A stretch of DNA of 26,834 nucleotides from a virus (IMGVR_UViG_3300032219_000321:1-26834); one strand, 5' to 3'; shown: positions 7,030-16,820, counted from the first letter of the stretch. Notes: a model not told the origin generated them from the letters alone. Translations and numbers: made by a program.

Positions 7030-9341
7030 TAGCGACGTACCTCGTTTACGCTGGTGTCCACTCTTGGAATGGCGTACTGGCGCACAAACTGTTGGAACAC
7101 ATCCTGCAAATAAGTGAGCTTGGCAGGGTCAGCAATTTGGAAGTTGGCAATCTCATTGATTTGAGCGCCAAGACGATCCACCGCAGCTTTGGGGATGCCA
7201 GCCATAGGAAGTGCAGGAGCGATATTTTCGTTGAAAAGCTTAGCCGCGTTTTTGGGGTTTTTAGCAGCAACCTCTGCAATAGTTTCGCGAGCAGCTTGCA
7301 AAAGATCAACACGGCCTTGCGGAGATTGACCCAAGATAGGGCCAACACGCTCCCAAGCTGTCCGATCACCGCCAGTAATAAGTGATTTAATCTGAGAGAC
7401 AGGAAATTCTTTACCGATAATTTTTTCACCTTCACGCGCAGCAGCTGGCTCAACTTTGCCAGAGCGACCAGCCAACTCAGCAGCCGTGCCTTTTTCCTTG
7501 CGGGCAATCGCTTCAGCCTGCTTGAGGCGATACACATAGCCATCAAGCTGAGTGCGAAGGTTTGCCAAAGACGGATGACTAAGCATGTCTTTATTTGCTC
7601 GTAAGAAGCTTTCGACTTGGGCAGGCGTTTTGTTGTTAATAGCTTGAGCAACAAAGTCAGATGCCAACTGTTGAACTTCTTGGGTCTTGCCGCCTGTCAG
7701 ACGGATCAAGTCATCAACACCTTGCTTGCTTCCAAAGGCTTCATTGACCAAAGCTTTGGGATTGGTCTTGAAACGAACCGGATCATCAAAGTCGATGCCT
7801 GTGTATTTCTTGCCAGCCTTACCAGCAAACTTCTCAAGCGCTTCAGAGCCACCAGCGTAAGCTGTTTGCATCTTTTCAAATGCAGGGCCGATAAACTCTT
7901 TCTGAACTTTGCTGACACGCCCGTACAAGTCGCGAGCATTTTCAGCGCTTAAAGCTTCATAACCTGTAACAGGCTCGCCAAACTTGGCTGACTGACCAAG
8001 GCGGCGACGGAAGTCATCCAACGCTTCATAAGCTGTTGGAAATTCACGTTCATAAATCGTCACATTGGTATTTGGGTCTTTACGCTCAATAACTCGCAAA
8101 CCCTTGGCTTTAAGTTCTTGAGCCAGACGAACGGCTTCCGGCTGGTCAGATGTGCCAATAGGTGCACGACGGCTGCGAATAGCGCTCAGTGCTTTTTCAT
8201 AAGCAGAAACAACACCGCTCTCCGTAGCGGTAGCTGTAGGCTGCTCTAGACCAATTTTTCCGGTCAGTGTCTTTTCAGACAAGAACTTTTCTAGGTCTTT
8301 AAAAGCTTTTGTGTTTTCAATGAAATTGCCAATTTGTTGTTTTTGATTGGCAATCTGATTGACCTCTGCGCGAAGCAATCTGTCGGCTTCAGAACGAACT
8401 TCTTCGCCAGCACTTTGAGCATCAACAACCAAACGACGAGCTTTTTCGCCAATAGCTTCCGGTCCAGCGCTGGTATCGCCAATCTGTTCAATGCGAGCCA
8501 TGACAGACGGAACGCGGCTCTCCGAAGCGCCAAGAACGCTTGCAGCGCCACGGGTCAAGCGTGAGGCTTCAGCAGCACCCTTAGCTTCAATCTGGCCTAC
8601 CGCACTCTGCAACTGTCCGTACAAACGGCTGAACTCTGGGTCAGAAGTTGACTTGCCGCGCAGCTTTTCAACAAGACCAGCAATCGCTGCCTTTTCTTGT
8701 TCAGAAGCGCTTTCATAAACAATGCCGCGCTTCTCAAGAAACTGTTTGCCAAGCTCTTTCAAAGCGTTGACAGGGCCAGAACCTAAAACAGATTTTGCCG
8801 TCATTGTAAGAGCAGCAGGAGCCATTGAAGGTGCAATACCTCCAACAATACGCGCTGCTTCAGCAGGAATACCGGGATATTTTGTCTCTACAACTTGTCC
8901 AGCCGTTTCACCAACACCGCCACCGATAGTTCCAAAGATTGACGGAATGACACGGCCAACAGTCGGAGCGGCAGTGGAAATACCAGTACCAATTCCCTTC
9001 AATCCCAATCCGGCGGCCTTTGCCAGAGGATGAGGAACCATTCCAACTAGACTGCCAAGGCCAGACACACCGCGACCAACGCCAGCAGCAATTTCAGGAG
9101 CAGCCGCACCAGCTAATCCACCCATAACGGATGACTCAGCAATCTGAGGAAAATCAAGTTTTTTGCGTTTCTCTGGTTCTTTTTTTTCTGGTTTAGCGCC
9201 GTATCCAATCTTTTTGGAAAAATCTTCAAACGGCATGTCGTTATAGTACTTCTTGTGAAGTCCTTTAGCTAAATCCTCATCGGACATGTCTTTATATTGA
9301 GGAAATTTTTCACGAACATCGCTAATAGTTAGGTCAGCCAT
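7029..9341 (-). CDS. large internal virion / DNA ejection protein (770 aa)
   Basis: Helical Ala/Glu/Lys-rich; N-terminal IS.VR.K.PQY.DMSDE.LA.GLH.KYY.DM motif plus Gly/Ala hydrophobic stretch; last of the ejection-type cluster. Confidence 0.65.
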   Translation of the reverse strand: MADLTISDVREKFPQYKDMSDEDLAKGLHKKYYNDMPFEDFSKKIGYGAKPEKKEPEKRKKLDFPQIAESSVMGGLAGAAAPEIAAGVGRGVSGLGSLVGMVPHPLAKAAGLGLKGIGTGISTAAPTVGRVIPSIFGTIGGGVGETAGQVVETKYPGIPAEAARIVGGIAPSMAPAALTMTAKSVLGSGPVNALKELGKQFLEKRGIVYESASEQEKAAIAGLVEKLRGKSTSDPEFSRLYGQLQSAVGQIEAKGAAEASRLTRGAASVLGASESRVPSVMARIEQIGDTSAGPEAIGEKARRLVVDAQSAGEEVRSEADRLLRAEVNQIANQKQQIGNFIENTKAFKDLEKFLSEKTLTGKIGLEQPTATATESGVVSAYEKALSAIRSRRAPIGTSDQPEAVRLAQELKAKGLRVIERKDPNTNVTIYEREFPTAYEALDDFRRRLGQSAKFGEPVTGYEALSAENARDLYGRVSKVQKEFIGPAFEKMQTAYAGGSEALEKFAGKAGKKYTGIDFDDPVRFKTNPKALVNEAFGSKQGVDDLIRLTGGKTQEVQQLASDFVAQAINNKTPAQVESFLRANKDMLSHPSLANLRTQLDGYVYRLKQAEAIARKEKGTAAELAGRSGKVEPAAAREGEKIIGKEFPVSQIKSLITGGDRTAWERVGPILGQSPQGRVDLLQAARETIAEVAAKNPKNAAKLFNENIAPALPMAGIPKAAVDRLGAQINEIANFQIADPAKLTYLQDVFQQFVRQYAIPRVDTSVNEVRR

Positions 9342-9344
9342 GAC

Positions 9345-10874
9345 TTACCTCAAACCAAGTGGATCATTTTCAGATGTGGAGCCGCCACCTTCAGAACCAT
9401 AACCGGAGAAATACCGATTAACATCTTCCGGCAAGAAGCGCTTGAAGTCTTCTTTAGTACGACGAGTGCCTGCTGTGTACTGACGCTCAGCAGCCGCATA
9501 ACGACCACCAATCAATTCACGCAAGGTTTTGACAACTCCCTTTGTCTGTTGAGGAGAGTTGTAGGATGCCAAAATGCTTTCAGCTTCTTGACGATCAGCC
9601 AGAGCGCCAGCCGTACCCGTGATAGCTTTGACAATTTCAGATGCAACAGCCTGTTTTGCTGCATTGAAATTTGAGACTTCTGGATGACCAAGCTGAGTTT
9701 TGAAATAATTGATAAGACGGTTTTCAGCTTGAATGTCTCCATTCTGAAGAGCTTCCGAAAGTTTATCAATCGTCTCAAGATGGTTATAAACGGTGTTAAA
9801 TGCTTGAATTTGCTTAGCACCAGCGCCGTTCGGATTAGTCCAGTTTCTTTCAGCAGCTTGAATGTTGCCAAAATCACCTTCGTTAAAATTAGGATTGATC
9901 TCACGAACACGCGCCATGATCTTGTCGCGATTACGATTTTGAAGACCCGGCGCTTTGAAGGCCAAATTAGCAATGCCTTGCGCTGTTTTTTCAATTTCTT
10001 CATCGCTTGCAGTTGTGCGGCCACGGTCAGTTGGACGAGCAATCTGCTCAACAGCCTGACCACTAGCGGTGGCCTGACGAAGCTGAGCAGCGCTGTAAAA
10101 GCCTTTAATGCCATCAATGCTGGCATAAATAGTTTGTCCACCTGATGTATCACCAAGTGCTTTATCAATAGCCGCAACAGTTCTTAGAGATTGATCCACT
10201 TGAGTATTAGCGCGGTTCATCACCTCAATACGCATCTTGTCAGTTTCCATCAAACCCTTCTTGTAAAGGTTTGTGGCAAGAGCATCGGCCTCAAGAGATT
10301 TTAGTTCAGTAAAAAGCTTTCGTTCAGCAGCCGGAAGATTGCTTTTAGCCAGTTCCTTGGCTCGATTGAACGCAGCCGTGATCTGATCGTTGTGAGCTTT
10401 GATAGACTGCATGTTTTTGTCAAACTCAGCCTTTTCGCGCTCGAACAGGTCTTTACGGCCCTCACGATAACCTTTGAGCATACCGCCCATAGCGTTCATA
10501 GCGCCGAGAGCAGAGCCATATGACTTACCGCCGCCAAACGCACCGATAGCGCCAATCAAGCCAAACAAACCAACAAGTTCAGCCTTGCTTTCCGGCGTAG
10601 CCTTAAACTCTGGAATGTCCTTGTACTGGCTTTCATATTTCTGAGAAAGGTCGCGAGCGGTGCGGCTTTCACGATCAGCGCGAGCAACTTCAAGCTCTGC
10701 CTTTTTCTTGGCAGCGCCGAGCGTTGCTTCGCTCTCTTTCTTGATAAGACTTTCGTAAACATCCGGCTCAGTCAGCTTAGGAGCTTCAGCAGGCTTGATG
10801 TTCTTCAAAAGCTCATCGCGCTTGACGCGGAGGCCATCAGGCGCGGTGCTACCGTCAATAACTTCATCAACCAT
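9345..10874 (-). CDS. internal virion / ejection protein (509 aa)
   Basis: Helical, with a Gly-rich hydrophobic patch; C-terminal NDPLGLR; synteny. Confidence 0.6.
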   Translation of the reverse strand: MVDEVIDGSTAPDGLRVKRDELLKNIKPAEAPKLTEPDVYESLIKKESEATLGAAKKKAELEVARADRESRTARDLSQKYESQYKDIPEFKATPESKAELVGLFGLIGAIGAFGGGKSYGSALGAMNAMGGMLKGYREGRKDLFEREKAEFDKNMQSIKAHNDQITAAFNRAKELAKSNLPAAERKLFTELKSLEADALATNLYKKGLMETDKMRIEVMNRANTQVDQSLRTVAAIDKALGDTSGGQTIYASIDGIKGFYSAAQLRQATASGQAVEQIARPTDRGRTTASDEEIEKTAQGIANLAFKAPGLQNRNRDKIMARVREINPNFNEGDFGNIQAAERNWTNPNGAGAKQIQAFNTVYNHLETIDKLSEALQNGDIQAENRLINYFKTQLGHPEVSNFNAAKQAVASEIVKAITGTAGALADRQEAESILASYNSPQQTKGVVKTLRELIGGRYAAAERQYTAGTRRTKEDFKRFLPEDVNRYFSGYGSEGGGSTSENDPLGLR

Positions 10875-10877
10875 GAC

Positions 10878-12074
10878 TTAAGCCCTCGAACCGCCGTAAA
10901 GCTGCGCCAACTGCGTGAAGAAGTTGCCAGCCGCCGTGTTGGCTTGATTTGTAAGACTGACGCGGGTGTTCAGCGCATTGATCTCATTGGCGATAGCCGA
11001 GTTCATGACCGTATTGCCCGAGCCGAGGATTTGCAAAGCCTGCGTCAACTGATTGTTGATAGCCTGCTGCCGCATTTGTTCAGCGATCTGCGTTGCTTGC
11101 ATAGCTCCAACAGAACCAGAGCGAGACGCTGCTTGAGCCAACTGAGCGCGAGCAACGTCAAACTGTTGTTGATTGACAGGTGTCAAACCGCCTTGAGTAG
11201 CAAGACCGTATTGCAGACCACCTTGCTGCAAGAACGGCTGAGCCATCGTACGCTGTTCTTGAGCCAGAGCTTTGATCTGACCAGCAACGTCGCCAGCTTG
11301 CTTACGAGCCGCAGCAGATTGATAAGCGCCAAGACCACCAGCGCCTAGCAACAAAGCCAGCTTGAGGGGATCAGCAGTCAGCTTGTCAAAAAAGCTTTTT
11401 TCGCCTGTCGTGGTTCCCTTAGCTTGTTCAAGCTGAGACAAACGCTTCAATGCATCTTCTTGACCAGAAATGATGCGATCAATCTCTTCTTGAGAACGAC
11501 CCCCCTCACCCTCTTCGCTGCCAGTTGTACTAGCAAAATATTTATTCAACTCAGGAGCTAATTCTTGATATGGACGAAGCTGCGGAGTTGCTGCAAAAGT
11601 TGGTGCATATGAACCAGTTAAGATTGGGTCAGTCGCCAAGGTTGAATAAGCCGTGCTTATATCGCCTTGCTGAGGATACGACGGAAAATCATAAGGCGTG
11701 TAATTTCCAAGCGTAGCGCCACCTGTTGCAGATGGTTCGTAAGCAGGACCAGCAGGCTGATCGTAGATGTATTGCGGTTCATTGCCTTGATATGGCGTGA
11801 ACTCACCAGCGGCAGGCTCAACGAAAGAACCGTAATCTGTTGGGCCAGAGAAGATGTCAAAATAACCGTCTTCAAACTCAGGAAGGCCCGTATCAGGGTT
11901 GATAGAGCCACGACCACCTTCACGCTTTAGTTTACGAGCCTCACGCGGCGTAATGTGAGCCAGAACCGTGTCACGGCCACGGCCCTTCGAGCGCACGATC
12001 TGCGCGAGGGCTGCAACCGGAAGGTTGGTCGTCACATCAGTTTGGAGGACTTCAGCAAGGTTTTTCTTACGCAT
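10878..12074 (-). CDS. internal virion / ejection protein (~398 aa)
   Basis: GRGRDTVLAHITPREA..LK..GG.GSINPDTGLPEF motif and Gln/Ala-rich C-terminus; ATG 12074 follows SD GGAGAGG. Confidence 0.65.
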   Translation of the reverse strand: MRKKNLAEVLQTDVTTNLPVAALAQIVRSKGRGRDTVLAHITPREARKLKREGGRGSINPDTGLPEFEDGYFDIFSGPTDYGSFVEPAAGEFTPYQGNEPQYIYDQPAGPAYEPSATGGATLGNYTPYDFPSYPQQGDISTAYSTLATDPILTGSYAPTFAATPQLRPYQELAPELNKYFASTTGSEEGEGGRSQEEIDRIISGQEDALKRLSQLEQAKGTTTGEKSFFDKLTADPLKLALLLGAGGLGAYQSAAARKQAGDVAGQIKALAQEQRTMAQPFLQQGGLQYGLATQGGLTPVNQQQFDVARAQLAQAASRSGSVGAMQATQIAEQMRQQAINNQLTQALQILGSGNTVMNSAIANEINALNTRVSLTNQANTAAGNFFTQLAQLYGGSRA

Positions 12075-12861
12075 TTTCCTCTCCAATAGTCCTTAACGAT
12101 GCGGTGTTCCAGACATTAGACGGCGGCTTCTCTGTATCGGAAGTGCCAAAGACTGCCCCACCGGGAACATAACCGGACGGAGCAGACGGTAAGCCGCCAC
12201 CGATTGTAGCTCCACCTGAAGGCGCAGTCACGCCTCTACTAAGGGCAGATTGAGCTGCTGTGCCGCCAGCACCACTGCCTCTACCACCGCCCCCAATGTA
12301 ACCTAAACTACGGCTTGCCGACGGCGCTAGGGCAGCTTGCAGACCCGCAGAAAGGCCAGTGTTAAGAAAAGCTGTTGAATAAGGACCAAGATCAGCCGCC
12401 GTTCCAATTCCACTAGAAAGACCACTAGACAGGCCGGAAATAGCTCCACTTTTGAGTGCCTGACCAATGTTAGCGCCACCAGCTAAAGAGCCAGCCGTAC
12501 TACCAGCAGCTCTTCCAACTCCCGTAGAAATCGCCTTATCAAGAGCTGGAGAGCCAGTAGAGCCTAAAGCTGAAGCAACAGTAGGAGTAACAAATGCTCC
12601 AACACCACCAGACACACCGCCCGTAAGAGCGCCTTTGGCTATGTCTGTGCCGCCAATAGCTGCTGATGTAGCCCCAATTCCGGCCCCAATAACGGCTCCA
12701 CCCACAACGTTGCCTACAGTAGTTGCGGCAATAGTTGCGGCGGCAGCTTCAGCACCTACGATGGCAGCACCAACAGGCGCAGCAAGGCCAGCCGTAGCAA
12801 TGGTCGCAACCACCGCAACAGCAACCGCCAGCCACTTCCTGATTTTTTTGAACCAACCCAT
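12067..12861 (-). CDS. Gly/Ala-rich DNA transfer (pilot-like) protein
   Basis: MGWFKKI followed by long Gly/Ala/Ser hydrophobic glycine-zipper-like repeats. Confidence 0.65.
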   Translation of the reverse strand: MGWFKKIRKWLAVAVAVVATIATAGLAAPVGAAIVGAEAAAATIAATTVGNVVGGAVIGAGIGATSAAIGGTDIAKGALTGGVSGGVGAFVTPTVASALGSTGSPALDKAISTGVGRAAGSTAGSLAGGANIGQALKSGAISGLSSGLSSGIGTAADLGPYSTAFLNTGLSAGLQAALAPSASRSLGYIGGGGRGSGAGGTAAQSALSRGVTAPSGGATIGGGLPSAPSGYVPGGAVFGTSDTEKPPSNVWNTASLRTIGEENA

Positions 12862-12863
12862 TC

Positions 12864-13361
12864 TTAGAGGTCCATTTCGATATAGTACATGGGCGACATT
12901 TGCTGACCGTCGAACATCATTTGTTGGCTGACTTTAACGTTTGGCCCCATTGATTTTGCCATTTCTACATCATCTTTGTCATCTGTCATTGAGACAATTT
13001 TCTTGATGCCCATTTGCTTGAGGGTGTTAGGCAGAACCTTTAGGCGCTCAGCGGCTTGCTCTGGCTCAGCCGTAAAAGGAAACATCATCACCGTACCGGG
13101 CGGCAGGGGCTTTCCTTTGCTATCAATCTTGTTCAGCAAAAAGACCGTCTGCCCAATTTGAGCAAGTTGAGCCTGTTTGGCTTGCACCATACGACCTATG
13201 TTATTGAGAAATTGATTAGCTTCTTTTGGTCCCATTTCTTCAGTCAGAACTTTAGTAATGATCTCAGCAGAGTTCATAACCTTGGGTTCAACCGCCTGCT
13301 TAGGCTGACGAAGCTTGCCCATCTGAACCTTCTCAGGCTTTCCAATCATCGGATCAGGCAT
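12864..13361 (-). CDS. hypothetical protein (165 aa; possibly degenerate GNAT-like)
   Basis: Occupies the slot before the ejection genes; tight spacing. Confidence 0.65.
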   Translation of the reverse strand: MPDPMIGKPEKVQMGKLRQPKQAVEPKVMNSAEIITKVLTEEMGPKEANQFLNNIGRMVQAKQAQLAQIGQTVFLLNKIDSKGKPLPPGTVMMFPFTAEPEQAAERLKVLPNTLKQMGIKKIVSMTDDKDDVEMAKSMGPNVKVSQQMMFDGQQMSPMYYIEMDL

Positions 13362-13362
13362 G

Positions 13363-13701
13363 TCACAACCCCAAGGTGTCTATGATTTGTGTGTGGATAG
13401 AATAGTGCTGAGCGACCCATTCGTAAAACTCATCTTCTTTACGAAAGTCTGCGTCTAACATATTGAAAGGGTTAGACAAATCTAAAACAGACGCAAAGAA
13501 CTGATGCTCTACTTGGTGCATCAACAACCAATCGTCAAAATTATCGGTATCAATGTCCGTTAATGGATAGGACGGGCATTGGATGCCGCGCTCTCCAAGC
13601 TGCTGCCGAAACAGACGATGTTGCTCAGCGTTCTCAAAGGCAAAGTCCTTGAGGCTCTCAGGGTCGCCAAACTCAACAATAGAGAGCCGCTCAAGGTCCA
13701 T
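13363..13701 (-). CDS. His-rich acidic hypothetical protein (112 aa)
   Basis: ATG 13701 lies 1 nt after the upstream TGA, SD GGGGTG; two W-x3-H-x3-H motifs. Confidence 0.7.
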   Translation of the reverse strand: MDLERLSIVEFGDPESLKDFAFENAEQHRLFRQQLGERGIQCPSYPLTDIDTDNFDDWLLMHQVEHQFFASVLDLSNPFNMLDADFRKEDEFYEWVAQHYSIHTQIIDTLGL

Positions 13702-13702
13702 G

Positions 13703-14692
13703 TCACACCCCGTAGTAAGGGATTTTCTTATTAACCCCACCGATTTGAACGATGATATAGCCTTCCGGCACAAGCGGCAGGCTAGAGGTCGCAAAGGTCG
13801 CGTTGGCGTTCGTCGTACCCGTCAGGTTCAAAGTCGCCGTAGCAACTGATCCTGAGTTCATTGTCAGGTTATCGACTGTCAAATTACCGACAGTTGAGGT
13901 TGTAGAACCCAACGTCAGTGTCGTATTACCAAGCGTCAGAGTGCTGTTAGCCAAACCCGAGTTTGGAATAGTTGCATTTATCTGCGACGGCGCGATGCTG
14001 ATCGCCGCGTTCGCCGCTGCTGTAAGACGCCCCTGCGCGTCAACAGTGAAAGTTCCGACGGTGCTTGCATTGCCATAGCTCCCTGCCGCGACAGCCGTAT
14101 TAGCCAGATTAAGAGTGACATTTCCTGTCAGCGCGCCACCGCCCGACAGACCCGTGCCAGCAAGGACATAGGTTGTGTTGCTGACAGCCCCAGAGACTTG
14201 AGCAGCCGTGATAGCAATCGTGGCATTAGCAGCCGCCGTGAGCCTGCCTTGGGCATCTACGGTAAAAGTAGCAACCGTTGCAGGCCCGCCATAGGAAGCA
14301 GGCGTTACAGCCGTATTGGCGAGGGCTAGTGTAACATTAGCATTAAGCTGCCCACCACCAGATAGCCCAGTAGAAGCCAGCACATACGTCGTATTTGGTG
14401 TGGCTCCAACATTGGCTGCTCCTAAGACTACAGCCCCCACTTGCCCGTTGACAGACGTAACAGCATCCGTGTTGTCGATCTTTTGCCAGACGTTGCCGTT
14501 AAAGACAGCCCAATCGCCAATCTGCCAATCCGTCACACCATCAAGATTGGTCGAACCAGCAACATTGACGACGTAGTAATAGCCTTGCGTTCCAACTCCC
14601 GATTGAAGAAACGGAGAGTTAGCTGAAGCGTTCCATGTCCCCTGATAGCGGAGACTGCCTACAGCCGCGAGAGCGCTGGCTACCTTGAGCAT
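13703..14692 (-). CDS. tail fibre / structural protein with 72-aa duplication
   Basis: YQGTWNAS.N.P.L..G.G..G.YY.V..AG...LDG..DW..GDW...NG..WQKIDNTD module, VTSVNGQ.GAV, and fibre-type TVDAQGRLT repeats. Confidence 0.75.
   Translation of the reverse strand: MLKVASALAAVGSLRYQGTWNASANSPFLQSGVGTQGYYYVVNVAGSTNLDGVTDWQIGDWAVFNGNVWQKIDNTDAVTSVNGQVGAVVLGAANVGATPNTTYVLASTGLSGGGQLNANVTLALANTAVTPASYGGPATVATFTVDAQGRLTAAANATIAITAAQVSGAVSNTTYVLAGTGLSGGGALTGNVTLNLANTAVAAGSYGNASTVGTFTVDAQGRLTAAANAAISIAPSQINATIPNSGLANSTLTLGNTTLTLGSTTSTVGNLTVDNLTMNSGSVATATLNLTGTTNANATFATSSLPLVPEGYIIVQIGGVNKKIPYYGV
13975..14395 (-). repeat. tandem 216-bp (72-aa) intragenic duplication
   Basis: NTTYVLA.TGLSGGG.L..NVTL.LANTAV...SYG...TV.TFTVDAQGRLTAAANA.I starts at 14395 and again at 14179. 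Confidence 0.9.
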
Positions 14693-14700
14693 TTATCACC

Positions 14701-15045
14701 TCAGAGGCCGTCACCCGGCACAATGTAAAGAGTTGCCGTGCTGGATGCCGTCAGAGCCGTAAAATAAGCGTTCGGCACAAACGTAATCACTTCATCCGTG
14801 GCAGGCAGGATGTAGAGAGTGCGTGTGCTGTTAGCCCCGCCACCTGTCGGAATAACGCAGTTGGCCGTCGCATCTGCTGCTGTAGAGGCAAAGGACAGCC
14901 AAGCACCAACTGTCGTTGACGAGTTGATGATGCGATACTGATTGCCGCCCAACGTAGCCGAGGAGCATTGCACGGGCGTCGGTGCGCTTGTTGCAGCCGT
15001 CAGAACGATTGTGTTGCCCGTAACGGTAAAGGCATTGACACCCAT
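14701..15045 (-). CDS. beta-rich virion-type protein, paralog of 6038-6391
   Basis: SD GAGGT; Thr/Ala-rich; ends IVPGDGL. Confidence 0.75.
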   Translation of the reverse strand: MGVNAFTVTGNTIVLTAATSAPTPVQCSSATLGGNQYRIINSSTTVGAWLSFASTAADATANCVIPTGGGANSTRTLYILPATDEVITFVPNAYFTALTASSTATLYIVPGDGL

Positions 15046-15054
15046 GATGACCTC

Positions 15055-15381
15055 TTAGGAAAGAGCAGCGAACGGGGGAACCATCGGAACCACCGGAGGA
15101 TTGTTGAGCAGCGCAATCTGATCTGCGAGCTTCTGGTTGATCTCAGTCATGTCGAGCTTGTCAGAGCAAACCGCAATGCACCAATCAGCCGTCAACGAAG
15201 CGTAAGGCTTAAAGTCAGACGGGTTAGGCGCATCAAGAGCAACCGTGCCGTAGCAGCCGCAAGAGACTTTGCCATCTGTCGCGTCATAGCGCCAATGGAT
15301 CGTCTTCACAACGTCGGTCAGGCCGTCTTCAGCCTTGGCAACGTCAAACTGCGGGAAAGTCCACGCATAAGAGATAGACAT
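15055..15381 (-). CDS. tail fibre-associated protein
   Basis: Y.W......DGL.DVV..IHWR...F.PY..LT...W pattern, typical of genes directly downstream of S74 fibres; TAATG coupling. Confidence 0.7.
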   Translation of the reverse strand: MSISYAWTFPQFDVAKAEDGLTDVVKTIHWRYDATDGKVSCGCYGTVALDAPNPSDFKPYASLTADWCIAVCSDKLDMTEINQKLADQIALLNNPPVVPMVPPFAALS

Positions 15382-16820
15382 TATTTAGCCTCCAAAACGG
15401 CCACGCGGGCCTTCAATTCGTCGTTCTGAGCTTTAAGTTCTTGAATGGCGGCTACGAGAGTTGCAACAACAAAGCTGGCATCAACCCCCTGATGTTTTGG
15501 CTTTCCATCAGAGTCAACCGCATCTTTTTCTCCACAGACCGCGCCCGGAATTACAGATTGCAATTCATGAGCAATAAAGCCTTCGCCATCAGACCCGTCT
15601 GATCTCCATTTAAAAGTCACGGGTTTAAGCAGAGAAACACGAGCAAGAGCGTTTTTCATCGGCTCAATCGTATCTTTCAAGCGATAATCCGACGAAGTTG
15701 TGTAAAGAACAGTTGTGCTTCCGTTGTGCGTGATTGCACCCGCCTGAGCGGGAGTATCATTTACAAATTGAACGTAATTTCCACCAGTTGTCCCTGTGTC
15801 GCGCATGACTAGACCATTAAAGGCATTCATGCTGCAAGAGATCAAAACTTTTGATGAGCTAAGCGCCGCTGTCGCCCCCACCAGCAAATTGCCGTTGTTG
15901 TCTAAACGCATTTTTTCTGTCGGCGCGGAGTTCAACGCGCTTGATGTGCTGAACACCAACTGACCAGTTGGATATTGACCGTTTGTTCTTGCGCCAAAAA
16001 TGCAGTTAATAGCCGCAGAGGTATAGTACGTTGAATTAATGCCTGTGAGAGCAGCAAAACCCAACTGAGATGTATTGCTTGTAGTTGTGTCGGAATTTCC
16101 AATCACAATAGCCGCTGTGCTGCCAGCAATAGTGGTGCTGGTGTCACTTTTTGAAACAAGCAGGGGGCGAACTGATCCAACCTGATCGTTGACGTTGTTA
16201 GCCGTATTTCCGATCCCCACGTTGCCGGAGGAGTCAATGCGCATACGCTCTGTGCCATTAGTTGCAACAACTGCATACGACCCATTCAGTGCAATCGGCA
16301 AATAACCAGACTGTGCGGTGTTTGTGGATTCCAGCAAAGCACCACTAAATGAAGAACTATAACCAGCAATACGAAGAAGGCCGCTTGAGCCAACATTAAA
16401 CATCGTATTGCCGTCACCGCCAGAAACAACAAACTTTCCGTAAGTGCTTGGCGAACTCGTCCCGATCCCCACGTTCTGCGACGTATCAATCGTCATGGCC
16501 GTTGTCGTGCCATTGCTCTGGAACGTCAGGTTGCCGTCAGAACGATGCGTTGCAGCATTGAGCGTCGTTGCATTGATCGTCGTGATATTGCCCGTCGTGG
16601 CCGTAACAGTTGAGAAACGACCCGTAGAAGAGGTCGTTGCGCCAATTGTAGTGCCGTCAATCGTACCGCCCGTGATCGAGACGTTAGACAGAGCGTTCGT
16701 GCCATTGCCTATGCCGTTGATGCCGTTGACGACAGTTGTAAAATTGGCGTCGAGCTGCGAGAGCGGGATGGCACTCGTTGCCGTCGCAAAGGTGTATGTG
16801 ACGCTAATCGGGAGAGCCAT
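15381..16820 (-). CDS. tail fibre with C-terminal intramolecular chaperone (Peptidase S74)
   Basis: IPLSQLDANF anchor, ERMRIDSSGNVGIG repeats, Y.TSSDYRLK auto-cleavage site, GFIAHELQ, C-terminal coiled coil. Confidence 0.9.
   Translation of the reverse strand: MALPISVTYTFATATSAIPLSQLDANFTTVVNGINGIGNGTNALSNVSITGGTIDGTTIGATTSSTGRFSTVTATTGNITTINATTLNAATHRSDGNLTFQSNGTTTAMTIDTSQNVGIGTSSPSTYGKFVVSGGDGNTMFNVGSSGLLRIAGYSSSFSGALLESTNTAQSGYLPIALNGSYAVVATNGTERMRIDSSGNVGIGNTANNVNDQVGSVRPLLVSKSDTSTTIAGSTAAIVIGNSDTTTSNTSQLGFAALTGINSTYYTSAAINCIFGARTNGQYPTGQLVFSTSSALNSAPTEKMRLDNNGNLLVGATAALSSSKVLISCSMNAFNGLVMRDTGTTGGNYVQFVNDTPAQAGAITHNGSTTVLYTTSSDYRLKDTIEPMKNALARVSLLKPVTFKWRSDGSDGEGFIAHELQSVIPGAVCGEKDAVDSDGKPKHQGVDASFVVATLVAAIQELKAQNDELKARVAVLEAK

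Noticed and set aside
13703-16820. Diversity-generating retroelement or invertible fibre cassette
   Set aside because: No reverse transcriptase or invertase, and no near-identical TR/VR pair with adenine-specific differences in the window.
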